Below are positions 17,547 through 32,110 of a stretch of 64,000 bases of DNA, piece by piece. The notes under the pieces were generated by a model, which saw nothing but the letters and a program-made list of their open reading frames with translations, did not search any database and had not been told where the DNA came from. The translations under genes were made by a program, and so were the position numbers. Location of the stretch: positions 167,462,001 through 167,526,000 of the forward strand of contig OZ024743.1 in assembly GCA_964016885.1 (NCBI GenBank), given 5' to 3'. Source of the DNA: Eledone cirrhosa. Lineage: Eukaryota. The stretch's first letter is position 1, and every line of letters begins with the position of its first letter.

Positions 17547-18310
17547 ATCCAACACTGAGCGTCATAATAATAGCAATAGTAAACCCGACGTCAATGTTAA
17601 CTCTAGTCTAGATTCAGTAAATTTAAATACGACGTCAAACGTAACTTTGTCGAATGTTCATAACACCAATCTAAATCAGGAAACTTTAGTACCTATCGTA
17701 AATAACTTCTCCAATCTAATTCCTTCTATAAATAATACTAGGTCACTTGTTAATAACTCTGGTAATTTCTCTAATCGTAATTGTAATTGCCCTGTTAGAA
17801 CTAAATGTCCTCTTAATAACCAATGTCTTGATAAAAATTTAGTGTATGAATGTAAGGTTATAACTGGTACTAATTCTTTTACCTATTTTGGTTCCACTTC
17901 CACTTCCTTTAAAGCAAGATTTTATAATCACAATTGGTCTTTTAAATACCAACTTAAAAGAACTAACACGGCAGTCTCAGAACTCATATGGTCCTTAAAA
18001 GACAAAAATATTAACTACAACATTTCTTGGAGGAATGTTTGCAATGCCTCTCCTTACCGAAATTCTTCCCTATCCAGAACATGTAATCTCTACCTAGCCG
18101 AGAAATTTACCATTATCTCTAATTTTAATTCTATAATAAATAGACGTACGGATTTATTTTCGCTCTGCTTGCATAAATCCCATAGAACTTTCCATAAAGT
18201 ATACAGCTAATATTTCACTACCTAATTAGTTTAAAATCTTCTTTTCTCAAACGCTTTTATATCTTTTACAAATATACACATCTTTCTACCTTATTTCAGT
18301 ATATTATGTT
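17547..18310 (+). pseudogene. PLE endonuclease fragment, same family as 39411-42540
   Basis: SNTERHNNS...CNCPVRTKCPLNNQCL...YFGSTSTSFKARFYNH is near identical to the C-terminal part of ORF 40296-41636. Confidence 0.9.
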
Positions 18311-18495
18311 ATACAATGTACTCATTCTATGTCGTTAGCGGTCCCCTATTTTTCTTCTTTTTTATCCTATCTGCTGACCCAGCAGATAGGCAAATCAGAG
18401 AGGCCAGTGAAATAGAACTTAGAAGGCCAAGGCTAAACAGAAAAAATGAATGGAATAACAACAACACCAAAACAAACAACACTGACCTAAGAGAA

Positions 18496-20109
<1,614 letters not shown>

Positions 20110-20146
20110 AGTTTTTTGTGCATTTGCTTACCATGTGCGTTTGGTC

Positions 20147-20195
<49 letters not shown>

Positions 20196-20593
20196 GAATG
20201 CTATGGTTGACGGAGGCTTGGCTCTGTAAGGTATTGTAAATTTTGACCACTATAACAATTGTAAATTGTTTAAAACTTTAACCAAATTGTAGACAAAAAC
20301 ACCCTCCTCCTCGTGAGAGGGGTCATTCTACCCGTTATTTGGCCCTTCGGGGTTAAATAACCGTTTATTGGGGTTTTGTGCCCAATATTTATTTTAAACA
20401 AAAAAAATATAGCTACGAAAAAGAATTTTCATAGGTCACTCCCATTCATTCCGTCATCTTCTTCCTCAATCGTCACTACAGCAGAGAGAAGATTGTCTCT
20501 CTCCCTCCCTTCTCTAAATGTGTCTCTCTCCCTCCCTTCTCTTTCGCAAGCGACGCCAGTAAAGAAAAATAGTTTACAAAATCACGTGAAAAA

Positions 20594-22489
20594 CATGGAA
20601 GATTTATCCACGACGACGACAACGACGAAAAAGGTGTGCGGGAAATACGAAAACCCATTTCATTCGTCTGACGTCATGAATAATAGCAGTAGCAGCCGTA
20701 ATAACAGCAGCATCAGCAACAGTGACAAGGAAAACAACGGTAGCAGCCGAAACAGCATCAGCAGCAGCATAAACAACAACAGCATTAGCAGCAACAGCAA
20801 CAACAACAGCAGCAGCAGCAAAAACAACAACAACCACAGCAACGGCGGCGGCGGCAGTAGTTGTAGTACCTGCAGCAACAACAAAAGTAACAGCAGCTCT
20901 GACGACAACAACAACAACAACAACAACAGCAGCAAAGAAAAACCAATCTCGTTTGCAGGTATCGTAAAGAACCTGGAAACCATCCTCATAACAAATGAGG
21001 AATTACAGGAAGCGAAGAAGATGGAGACGAAATCCGGACACCGAGCAATCTGACAGGCAGCCGAAGAACTTTTCGAAACTCAACAGCACTGTACGGTCAC
21101 GTACCGTACAGTAAGCACAAAATCCCGTAGGGTTGAAAGAGCCACAGAGGCTCAAATACAAAAAGCCTTAGGGTCTGTGTGGCAGCGTAAAACGCATATC
21201 ACCCGAGGCAAGAAATATGCCACCGTAGACGTGCCTTTTGCCACACCCCAAGAGGCAAAGGCTCAATCCTTAGTGACCCTAAGGAGCGAGGAAATGGTGT
21301 TGGTGCCCTCCTACTGCGGGTAAAAAATTGTGAGGGTCAAACTGACCCACGTCCCCCCCGGGATGGCCCCTTCTTGGCTGGCCGCGTCTGTCCTCGTCGG
21401 AACCGAGGACAAAACAACTGTACTGCAAGTACAGAAAAGAGTAAGAGAAGATTGGATCGGCACCTCCATTGAGATGTTAATCCAAACCAACCAGGAGTGC
21501 ATCGAAGCTATCCCGGATATGATAGACTTCGATAACGGCACTCAACTGCCCATAAGTGTTGAGGGCAAACGCCCGAAATGCTTTCGCTGTGGATCGAAGA
21601 CTCACCTCAGGGCCTTCTGCAACGAGAAGACCCTGAGAAAGGAGAAAGCCCCCCTCCTTCCGAATCCGGCTCCACTGCTACCAGCAACAGGACAAGCAGC
21701 AACCAGGAACGATAGGTCTGTGGCACCCATACCCAAGCCACGGAAATCAAGAACAGAAGCAGCAGTGGAAGTATTAACAACAACAACAGCAATACCAACT
21801 GCAGCTGCAACAGAGACTCCACTGCAAACATCACCAACAACAACAAGTGAAAGAGTGGAGCTGGTATCCCTCCCCGATCTTACGGAATCAGACATGGAGT
21901 GTGAGGTGGGAGAGGGATGGCAAAAGGTCGCAAGAAGGCACAAACGCAGAAGCAGCGCATCGTCGCCTTCGAAAAGGGAGGAAAGAAATGAAAAAGGGTA
22001 AAGGCTACTGCAAAGAGACTCACAGCAGCAACACCACCAACACCATCACCACCCACACTAACACCACCATCACCACCGGCGACAACCCCACCGCCAACAA
22101 CAACAACACCTTCAAAACCACTACCACAAGCACCAACATCGCAAACACAACAAAACACACACACCCAGCAACAACGACAAGAAAATAGCAGAACCACACC
22201 CCACCCCCAGAAAAATAAATGCACGGCAATAAATACACACAACAAGAAACTAATGACTTACATAATTGAACACACAGACATTTCACAGCACGACTACATA
22301 ATACCAGCACCAATCAAAACACCAACGAACATAAGATTGGTAAAAATAGCACAGAAACAATACACAAACATTAAAACGAAATTCCCCAACGCAGTTGGTG
22401 ATTTCAGAGACGTAGGAGGGACTCTCAACCGGAGAGTATATTCAGACATACTCATAGAAGAGCCGACGACCAGCCGAAGGGACGATTAA
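20594..22489 (+). pseudogene. ORF1 of copy A (RNA-binding region, CCHC zinc knuckle, Pro/Thr-rich region), disrupted
   Basis: CFRCGSKTHLRAFC; homologous blocks in copy B ORF1 (EELQEAK, QIQKALG, LVPSYCG, VEGKRPKC, KFP..GDFR). Confidence 0.8.
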
Positions 22490-22596
22490 ACGGTCCCTTC
22501 ACCAGACGATCAAGTGAAAAGGGATGGAGAAACCATCCTTCCTCTACGAAAAGTACGGTAAGTGGTCTTTCCCATCTTTTCCACTCCATTTTAAAC

Positions 22597-25500
22597 ATGA
22601 CCTCACTCAGAATAGGCAGCATAAATGCGCGTGGCTTGGGGTCGTCATGGAAGCAGGGTCACCTGCTCAACGACCTCAGGTCACTAAACATAGATGTAGT
22701 GGCCATCAGCGAGACCAGAATCTCCGAAACACGGGGCTTCACACCGATCTTCTCGGCTACGATGTGTACGCATCTCCCAGCCGTCCGGGATCGGGGGGAG
22801 GAGTTGCTGTGCTTTTTCGGAGAGGTTTGGATCTCGTCATACGGGCCATCTTCCTGGACCCAGAGGGTAAGTTGGTGGTGCTGGACGTGACCAGCGGAGA
22901 CGGGCAAGCTTTCAGGCTAGTGGCCGTCTATGCCCCGACAGGAGCAGGGCGGCCTGATTTCTTCCGGTGTCTGGAGACCTTTCTTGGAACGTCCCGCTCT
23001 TTAGTGTTAGTGGGCGACTGGAACGGGATCTTAGATGCACGCTGGGACTGTGTGGGATTAGCGGATAGGGGTGGAGGGTGCAAGAGCCTCACCAACCTGC
23101 TCAGGCGTTTTGAACTGTCTGACAGGTACCGATTGGATTTCCCGAATGTGCCAATGTGGACTTGGACAAATCGCATAGGGTCATCCAGATCATATCTAGA
23201 TAGAGTATTTTGTAGGGAAATAGATAGGTCTAGCATAGGCTGTCCACAATTCAAGATAGTCAGCTACACGGACGACAAATTCGTGATCTGTGTGCTTGAC
23301 TTAGATAGGCTTCATAGACGAGGACCCGGCTACTGGAAGCTAAACGTGTCCTTACCAGCGCGCAAGGCCTACAGAGACCGATATAGTGAATTAGTTAAGC
23401 GGGCGTTGACGGGGGCCATCGTCAACAGCAAGTGGTGGTTTGCTCTGAAAAGAGCGATTAGAATAGAATCGATTAAGTTTAGTAAGGCTTTAGCAATAGA
23501 GAAAAATAGAGCAGAGGGAGAACTAGTTAGAAAATTAGACGAGGCGCTTAGCAAAGGCATTGCGACCGACGTGCTTGCGGCGAAATTGGCCCTTGACCAA
23601 TTCTTCAATGCAAAGCACGAAGGCTGCGTTGTCAGAGCAAGGGTGCGTGCTCTCAGACACGAGGGGACGAAAGCCGTTCAATGGGCCCGAGTGGAGGAGG
23701 CGCGTCGTGGCAACAAAGCCACGATCCGGTCTTTGGTGGACCACGACGGGCGCATGCTACTCGATCCCGGGCAAATGTGTGAAGCTTTTCAGCGAGACTT
23801 CGCTCAGCTGTTCGGGGGCAGCGGTGGGCCGGGTAGAGGGATGGACTTTAGTGTCTACCTATACGGACTGCCGCGGCTCTCGGCCACTGAGGCGAAGTGT
23901 TGCGAAAAGCCGATGACAGCCGCTGAAGTAAGGGAGGCAATGACTGGCTGCACAAGGGGTAAATCGCCTGGTTTGGATGGTCTGCCCTATGAACTTTAGG
24001 TACAGATGCCAGACTTGTTCGGAGGCCTCTTGGCGGACGTCTACTGCAACTGGCAACAGAACGGGAGAATTCCCAGTTCTGTGAGCCGAGGAGCGGTGGC
24101 ACTGCTGAGAAAGGATCCGAACAAGGGGGATAACATAGACAATTTCCGGCCCATAACTCTGCTAAACACAGAGTTCAAGATTTTGGCCAAGGTGCTAGCA
24201 AAGAGGTTGGCGCTTGTCGTTGGTGGTCTGGTGGGAGAGGCGCAGACATGCGCCATTCCCGACAGATCCATCCACGACAACCCCCACCTCATGCGATACA
24301 TCATAGTGAGGGTAGCTAGGGAACCTGGCACGGGTGGGTCCTTGATCAATTTAGATCAGTCGAAAGCTTTCGATAGGGTCGACCATCGTTACCTAGCGGC
24401 AGTCCTGAGGGCGGCTGGCTTTGGGCCCGTCTTCAGAGGCTGGATCGCTGCCATGCACAGCGACATCTGCTCTGTGGTGAGAGTGAACGGTCACCTTTCG
24501 GAACCGTTCAACATCATGCGCTCGGTCCGCCAAGGATGTCCCCTCTCGTCCCTCTTGTACGTATTGACTCTCGAGCCATTACTGCACAAACTGGAGACGT
24601 TGAGGGGAGTCCCGCGCGAACTAGGATGCGGAAGATCCGTGTCAGCATATGCGGACGATGTCACCGTAGTGGTGTCGAACGCCAAACACATCGAGGCGAT
24701 CGGCACTACACTAAGAGAATACGAAGCGGTGACAGGAGCAATGATCAACCAGGAAAAGTCAGTGGGCCTGCAGCTCGGCACCTGGAGAGGCAGGTCCATG
24801 CCGTCCAACAACGTCGTCGGACGCTGGACGGACGGACCGGTTAAATTGCTAGGGGTCTGGTTCGGTCCGGACCTCCAGACGGACAAAAACTGGGACGAGG
24901 TGACGAGCAGGGTGGCTTCTCTCACCCAGAAATGGGCGGAGAGGAAGCTATCCCTGAAAGGTCGAGAGGAGGTGGCTAACGCGTACATCGCGTCTGTAAT
25001 CTGCTACCGCCTGACCGTCGTACCTTGTCCTAAGCCTCGCTACGTGGAGGGCTGGGCATGCCGTGGCTGATGATGCGCAGGCACGCGCTCAGGCTACGAC
25101 ATCTCCACCTCTTCCTCGACGGTGATCAGGTGTGGTCGCCGTTTGCTAGGCGCGTATTTCCCCAGCTCGTTTCCTTGACGGAGCTGCAGTCCTGGGTCAA
25201 GCGAAGACCGAGAGGGTGCGCCTGGAGACTGGAATGTCTTCAGGCGCTCACAGCCCTCGACCAATCGGGCAATGTGATCGGTGGAAACTCCACCTCGGCG
25301 TTCTATAGAGGATTAGTGGAGGGTAAGAGCGACGACGTACTTGGGGAAACTCTAGGCGTCGACGAAAATCAACTAGCCAATCTCTTCGGAAGAACTTTCG
25401 GGCCGGGGCCTATGGACAATTTCCAGAAATCTCTGGCCTGGCAGTGCTACCGAGGAGCCTTGCCAGTTCGGGATAAACTCTACAGGCATGGAGGTGCCGT

Positions 25501-25927
25501 CAGCCGGGCATGTCCGAGATGCGCGCAGGGCGACGAAACCGTCCTGCACGCACTCGTCCAGTGTCCGAAAATTTCTGACTTGTGGGTTTATGTCGAACAC
25601 CTGCTGTCGCGTTTAGGACGGATCCGGCTATCATCTGAGTCCATCGTGAGGATTGCCCCGCCCTCCTCCTTTAGCCGGGAAGGGCAGGCAGTTTTTATCT
25701 GTCTGGTGGCCATGGCGAAAGAGATAGTATGGTGGACACGTTTGAAAGGGCTGAAGACGAGCACTTACCTCTTCGGTGATGCTCTGATTGACTTTTTCAA
25801 ATTTCATTTGAAAAGGAAAATCAGAGTAGAGAGGGAAGTGCTCTCTTCCCAGCATTTTGTTGAAAGATGGGTGAGAGAAGCAAGAATGGCCCGAGTGAAT
25901 GGGCCTACTCTGAGTATATATCTGTAA
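22597..25927 (+). pseudogene. ORF2 of copy A (APE, RT, C-terminal Cys motif), disrupted
   Basis: SINARGL, ISET, VYAP, GDWN, YLDR; FRPITLLN, DQSKAFDRV, VRQGCPLS, YADD; CPRC...ETVLHALVQC; frameshift near 22750, stop at 23997-23999, deletion near 25040. Confidence 0.92.
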
Positions 25928-26186
25928 ATTAAAGGTGGAAAACTGGGAGAGGGCACTTGCCTTGGTGGTCAGGGGCATTGTGGCTTTTTACTGGGCTTTC
26001 TCCACAAATGTCCCTCCGAAGTCTCCCCCCTATTGGGGAATTTTTCATTGTCATTTTCATTGTTATTTTTGTTACATCCTCTGTTTTTGTTTTTTACACG
26101 CAGAAATGCCCATTTGTACCGTCCTGCATTGTCCTGCACTGTCCTTAATGTCTACTTTATGTAAACCCTTGTGGTTAATAAAGAAA

Positions 26187-26239
<53 letters not shown>

Positions 26240-26619
26240 GGCGACCTACGTAGTAAATCGTGTCATCGTGATCTCCGCAAAGCTTTGTTATTTCCGTTTG
26301 TTAAAAATTGCCATTTACGGAAAATTTTATTGTTAACTGTTTATAAACGCACATATATTGTTTTCCGAAAAGGACACCCCAAAAGATTGGGGCCTTGTGC
26401 CCAAAATTTTAACTTTTATGATTATCAAAAAATTTCTTTAAAAAAAAAAAAAATGGCTAATTCACCTCTGTACCAAACAGCTGAGAGCCTTCCTCACAAA
26501 CTAACACCTCACACCGACACCACCATTGTAAATATTACTACGTTTGCCAACACAAAAATTTAAGCAGTAGCAATATTTTAAATTTGTCTCAGGCAGACAT
26601 TCATTTCCCGCCATTACCA

Positions 26620-28416
26620 ATGACTGCAGGTGTTAAAGCCGCCACCACCACCACCACCGCGACAACCACCACCCCCACCACCACCGCGACAACAGAAACA
26701 AAAGGAAAAAATAAATCAACTCGTGATGTCGAAATGTTTTCAACCAAAATGGACTCTTTCACACGGAACAACACTGACGTCACCACCACCACAACTGAAA
26801 CTAAAATTAATAATAAAAAAAATAACGATAACAACAACAACAACAATGAAATTAAAAAAACTACCCTGAGTTTTGCCAGAGTACCAAAAACGTGCGAAGC
26901 GATCCAGGTAACTCAGGAGGAATTAGAAGAAGCCAAAGGAATGGTAAAGAAAGATGGGTACAGGGTCAGCCTCACCCCCCACCTAATAAAATGGAGCAAC
27001 GTCGCCTATGCACCGTGTCTTATCGGACAATTAATGTAAAATCGCGCCGAGTGGAATGGGCATCCGAGTCCCAAATCCAAAAAGCTTTGGGACATGTGTG
27101 GGCAAGAAAACCCCCACATCAGACGTGGGCAGAAGTATGGAACCGTGGACGTGTTCTTTGAAACACCAGAGGAGGCTAGAGAACACTCCATGGGCCCATT
27201 AAGAAGTGATGACTTCACACTCGTCCCAAGCTATTGTGGCCAGAGACTCGTAAAGATCAGGGTGACCACGTTCCACCGGCCATCGAAATTCCCTGGCTAA
27301 TAGCGGCCGTCCTCGCCGGCATCGAAGCCAACACAAAGATAATAGCAATAGCAAAAGAAAAGCAGGAGAACTGGTCCGGATCTGGGATGAAGCTCCTGAT
27401 CCAAGCGGACCAAAAAAGCATTGAGGAGATCCCAGAGGTAATAGACCTCACTGACAGCAGCCACCTCACCGTAATTGTCGAGGGCAGAAGACCTAGGTGT
27501 GTCGTTTGTGGTGAAGGAACCTACCTAAGGGCTTTCTGCCCTCAGGCTAAAAGGTTGAGGCCACCTCTCCTACCCACCCCAGTGACTCAACCATCAACAT
27601 CACCAGTAGCAGAGATGGCAGCAACAACTGTAGCAGCAACAACAGAAGCAACTATAACGGCAACAACCCCAGCAACAGTAGCAAAACCAACACCACCACC
27701 ACCTAACGCTTCAGAACTAGCACCAGCGCCTACACCATCCACCACGCCACATCCAAAACTAACGCCTGTGGAGGATTTTCCACTCCCCGGCCTATCACAA
27801 CTGGAGACAGATTGTGACGACGAGGAGTGGGAAACGGTATCAGGAAAAAAGAAAAAAAGAAACCAAAAAAGAAAAAAATTCTCTTCCTTCTCCCTCCAAA
27901 AACAAAATACAGAGGGAAACAAATAAATTAACAAACAAAAAAGTTAGGACAGATATGCCACCATCCAAACCATCATCACCAACCCCATCAACCCAAACAC
28001 CAACACCATCACCATCATTAACCCCAACACCACCATCACCTACACCACAAAAGTCACCAAAATGCGAAACAGAAACAAACCCACAACAAACGCAAACAAA
28101 ACAAAACAACCAAAACGATACACACTACACAGCATTAAATTTGAACAACAACCAATTATTACTCTACATCCAACACAACACCAGCATCGCAGAAAATGAC
28201 TACACAACAACCCAAAAATTCACACCACCTCCACACATACAAATCACTCGCATCACACAGAAAACGTACATGACACTAAAACAAAAATTCCCCAAAGACA
28301 TCGGAGACTTCCGACAAGCACTCTCCAGGAGGATTTATAAGGACATCCTTCCTGAGGAGGCCAAAAGCAGTGAAAAGGATGGAAAAACCATCCTTCCTCT
28401 ACGAGAAGTAAGGTAA
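26620..28416 (+). pseudogene. ORF1 of copy B, disrupted
   Basis: Fragments 26584-27039, 27094-27300, 27234-27926 and 27814-28416; knuckle CVVCGEGTYLRAFC has His replaced by Tyr. Confidence 0.8.
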
Positions 28417-28450
28417 GTGGTCTTTCCCATCTTTTCCACTCCATTTCAAC

Positions 28451-31400
28451 ATGACCTCACTCAGAATAGGCAGCATAAATGCGCGTGGCTTGGGGTCGTC
28501 ATGGAAGCAGGGCCACCTTCTCAACGACCTCAGGTCACTAAACATAGATGTAGTGGCCATCAGCGAAACCCAAATCTCCGAAGCACGGGCCGTAGCACCG
28601 ATCTTCGGCGGCTACGATGTGTACGCATCTCCCAGCCGTCCGGGATCGGGGGGAGGAGTTGCTGTGCTTTTTCGGAGAGGTTTGGATCTTGCCATACGGG
28701 CCATCTTCATGGACCCAGAAGGTAAGTTGGTGGTGCTGGACGTGACCAGCGGAGACGGGCAAGCTTTCAGGTTAGTAGCCGTCTATGCCCCGACAGGAGC
28801 AGGGCGGCCTGATTTCTTCCGGCGTCTGGAGACCTTTCTTGGAACGTCCCGCTCTTTAGTGTTAGTGGGCGACTTGAACGGGATCTTAGATGCACGCTGG
28901 GATTGTGTGGGATTAGTGGATAGGGAAGGAGGGTGCAAGAGTCTCACCAACCTGCTCAGACGTTTTGAACTGTCTGACAGGTACCGAATGGATTTCCCGA
29001 ATGTACCAATGTGGACTTGGACAAATCGCATAGGGTCATCTAGATCATATCTAGATAGAGTATTTTGTAGGGAAATAGATAGGTCTAGCATAGGCTGTCC
29101 ACAATTCAAGATAGTCAGCTACACGGACCACAAATTCGTGATCTGTGTGCTTGACTTAGATAGGCTTCATAGACGAGGACCCGGCTACTGGAAACTAAAC
29201 GCGTCCTTACCAGCGCGCAAGGCCTACAGCGACCGATATAGTGAACTAGTTAAGCGGGCGTTGACGGGGGCCAACGTCAACAACAAGTGGTGGTTTGCTC
29301 TGAAAAGAGCAATTAGAATAGAGTCCATTAGGTTTAGTAAGACTTTAGCAATAGAGAAAAATAGAGCAGAGGGAGAATTAGTTAGAAAATTAGATGAGGC
29401 ACTTAGCAAAGGCATCGCGACCGACGTACTTGCGGCGAAATTGGCCCTTGACCAATTCTTCAATGCAAAGCACGAAGGCTGCGTTGTCAGAGCCAGGGTG
29501 CGTGCTCTCAGACACGAGGGGACGAAAGCCGTTCAATGGGCCCGAGTGGCGGAGGCGCGTCGTGGCAACAAAGCCACGATCCGGTCTTTGGTGGACCACG
29601 ACGGGCGCATGCTACTCGATCCCGGGCAAATGTGTGAAGCTTTTCAGCGACACTTCGCTCAACTGTTCGGGGGCAGTGGCGGGCCGGATCGAGGGATGGA
29701 TTTTAGTGTCTACCTCGACGGACTGCCGCGGCTTTCGGCCACTGAGGCGGAGTGTTGCGAAAAGCCGATAACAACCGCTGAAGTACGGGATGCAATGACT
29801 AGTTGCACAAGGGGTAAATCGCCTGGTTTGGATGGTCTGCCCTATGAACTTTACGTACAAATGCCAAACTTGTTCGGAGGCCTCTTGGCGGACGTCTACT
29901 GCAACTGGCAACAGAACGGGAGAATTCCCAGCTCTGTGAGACGAGGAGCGGTGGCGCTGCTGAGAAAGGATCCGAACAAGGGGGATAACATAGATAATTT
30001 TAGGCCCATAACTCTGCTAAACACAGAGTTCAAGATTTTGGCCAAGGTGCTAGCAAAGAGGTTGGCGCTTGTCGTTGGTGGTCTGGCGGCAGTCCTGAGG
30101 GCGGCTGGCTTTGGGCCCGTCTTCAGAGGCTGGATCGCTGCCATGCACAGCGACATCTGCTCTGTAGTGAGAGTGAACGGTCACCTTTCGGAACCGTTCA
30201 ACATCATGCGCTCGGTCCGCCAAGGATGTCCCCTCTCGTCCCTATTGTACGTATTGACTCTCGAGCCATTACTGCACAAACTGGAGACGTTGAGGGGGGT
30301 CCCGCGCGAACTAGGATGCGGAAGATCCGTGTCAGCATATGCCGACGATGTCACCGTAGTGGTGTCGAACGCCAAACACATCGAGGCGATCGGCACTACA
30401 CTAAGAGAATACGAAGCGGTGACAGGAGCAATGATCAACCAGGAAAAGTCAGTGGGCCTGCAGCTCGGCACCTGGAGAGGCAGGTCCATGCCGTCCAACA
30501 GCGTCGTCGGGCGCTGGGCGGACGGACCGGTTAAATTGCTAGGGGTCTGGTTCGGTCCAGACCTCCAGACGGACAAAAACTGGGACGAGGTGACGAGCAG
30601 GGTGGCTTCTCTCACCCAGAAATAGGCCGAGAGGAAGCTATCCCTGAAAGGTCGAGCGGAGGTGGCGAATGCGTACATCGCATCCGTTATCTACTACCGC
30701 CTGACATTCGGACCTTGTCCTAAGCCCCGCCTGACTGCGCTGGAGCGTTTGCTCTTTCACTTCTTGTGGAAGGGACGCGCTCCGATGGTCAGGCGGTCCA
30801 TCTGCTGTCAACACCCGCTACGTGGAGGGCTGGGCATGCCGTGGCTGATGATGCGCAGACACGCGCTCAGGCTACGACATCTCCACCTCTTCCTCGACGG
30901 TGATCAGGTGTGGTCGCCGTTTGCAAGACACGTTTTTCCCCAGCTCGTCTCCTTGACGGAGCTGCAGTCCTGGGTCAAGCGAAGACCGAGAGGGTGCGCC
31001 TGGAGACTGGAATGTCTTCAGGCGCTCACAGCCCTCGACCAATCGGGCAATGTGATCGGTGAAAACTCCACCTTGGCGTTCTATAGGGGATTAGTGGAGG
31101 GGAAGAGCGACGACGTACTTGGAGAAACTCTAGGCGTCGACGAAAATCAACTAGCCAATCTCTTCGGAAGGACTTTCGGGCCGGGGCCTATGGACAACTT
31201 CCAGAAATCCCTGGCCTGGCAGTGCTACCGAGGAGCTTTGCCAGTTCGGGATAAACTCTACAGGCATGGAGGTGCCGTCAGCCGGGCATGTCCGAGATGC
31301 GCGCAGGGCGACGAAACTGTCCTGCACGCACTCGTCCAGTGTCCGAGCATTGCTGACTTGTGGGTTTATGTCGAACACCTGCTGTCACGTGTAGGACGGA

Positions 31401-31704
31401 TCCAGCTATCAGCTGAGTCCATCGTGAGGATTGCCCCGCCCCTTCCTTTAGCCTGGAAGGGCAGGCAGTTTTTATCTGTCTGGTGGCCATGGCGAAAGAG
31501 ATAGTATGGTGGACACGTTTGAAAGGGCTGAAGACGAGCACTTACCTCTTCGGTGATGCCCTGATTAACTTTTTCAAATTTCATTTGAAAAGGAAAATCA
31601 GGGTAGAGAGGGAAGTGCTCTCTTCCCAGCATTTTGTTGAAAGATGGGTGAGAGAAGCAAGTATGGCCCGAATGAATGGGCCTTCTCTGAGTATGTGTCT
31701 GTAA
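28451..31704 (+). pseudogene. ORF2 of copy B (APE-RT), disrupted
   Basis: 724-aa open part with an in-frame deletion removing the DQSKAFD RT motif, stop at 30623-30625, frameshift near 31440. Confidence 0.92.
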
Positions 31705-31946
31705 ATTAAAGGTGGAAAACTGGGAGAGGGCACTTGCCCTGGTGGTCAGGGCCACTGTGGTCTTTTAATGGGCTTTCTCCACAAATGTCCCTCGGAAGTC
31801 TCCCCCCTATTGGGGAATTTTTCTTTGTTATTTTATTTCAACCTCCGTTTTATTACACGCAGAAATGCCCATTTGTACCGTCCTGTATTGTCCTGTACTG
31901 TCCTTAATGTCTACTTTATGTAAACCCTTGTGGTTAATAAAGAAAA

Positions 31947-31982
<36 letters not shown>

Positions 31983-31983
<1 letters not shown>

Positions 31984-32090
31984 TCAAATCCCGTCGAAGT
32001 TAATTTACCTTTCATCCTTACAGGGTCGATAAAATAAAGTATCAGTAATGTACTGGGTAATTGCTGGCATCGTGCCTAAAGTAGAAACAA
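31983..32090 (+). mobile_element. 5'-truncated SINE, same family as 12381-12560
   Basis: TTCAAATCCCG...TTTCATCCTTACAGGGTCGATAAAATAAAGT...GTAGAAACA-(ATT)n. Confidence 0.8.
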
Positions 32091-32110
32091 TTATTATTAT
32101 TATTATTATT

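Larger units (their letters stand above)
20196..26188 (+). mobile_element. Full-length L1/Tx1-type non-LTR retrotransposon, copy A, flanked by (ATT)n
   Basis: 5' UTR, ORF1 with CCHC knuckle, ORF2 APE-RT-Cys domain, 3' UTR ending TTAATAAAGAAATC-(ATT)n. Confidence 0.92.
26240..31947 (+). mobile_element. Full-length L1/Tx1-type element, copy B, head-to-tail with copy A
   Basis: Same architecture; ORF2 and 3' UTR highly similar to copy A; (ATT)n on both sides. Confidence 0.92.

Noticed and set aside
21980-27930. Programmed frameshift in ORF1 at the A-rich basic patch, seen in both Tx1-type copies
   Set aside because: The shift is -1 in copy A and +1 in copy B, and both ORF1s have other lesions; independent homopolymer indels or sequencing errors are more likely.
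22928-31755. Long antisense ORFs repeated in both Tx1-type copies
   Set aside because: Shadows of a GC-rich ORF2, duplicated because the copies are near identical; no recognisable motifs.
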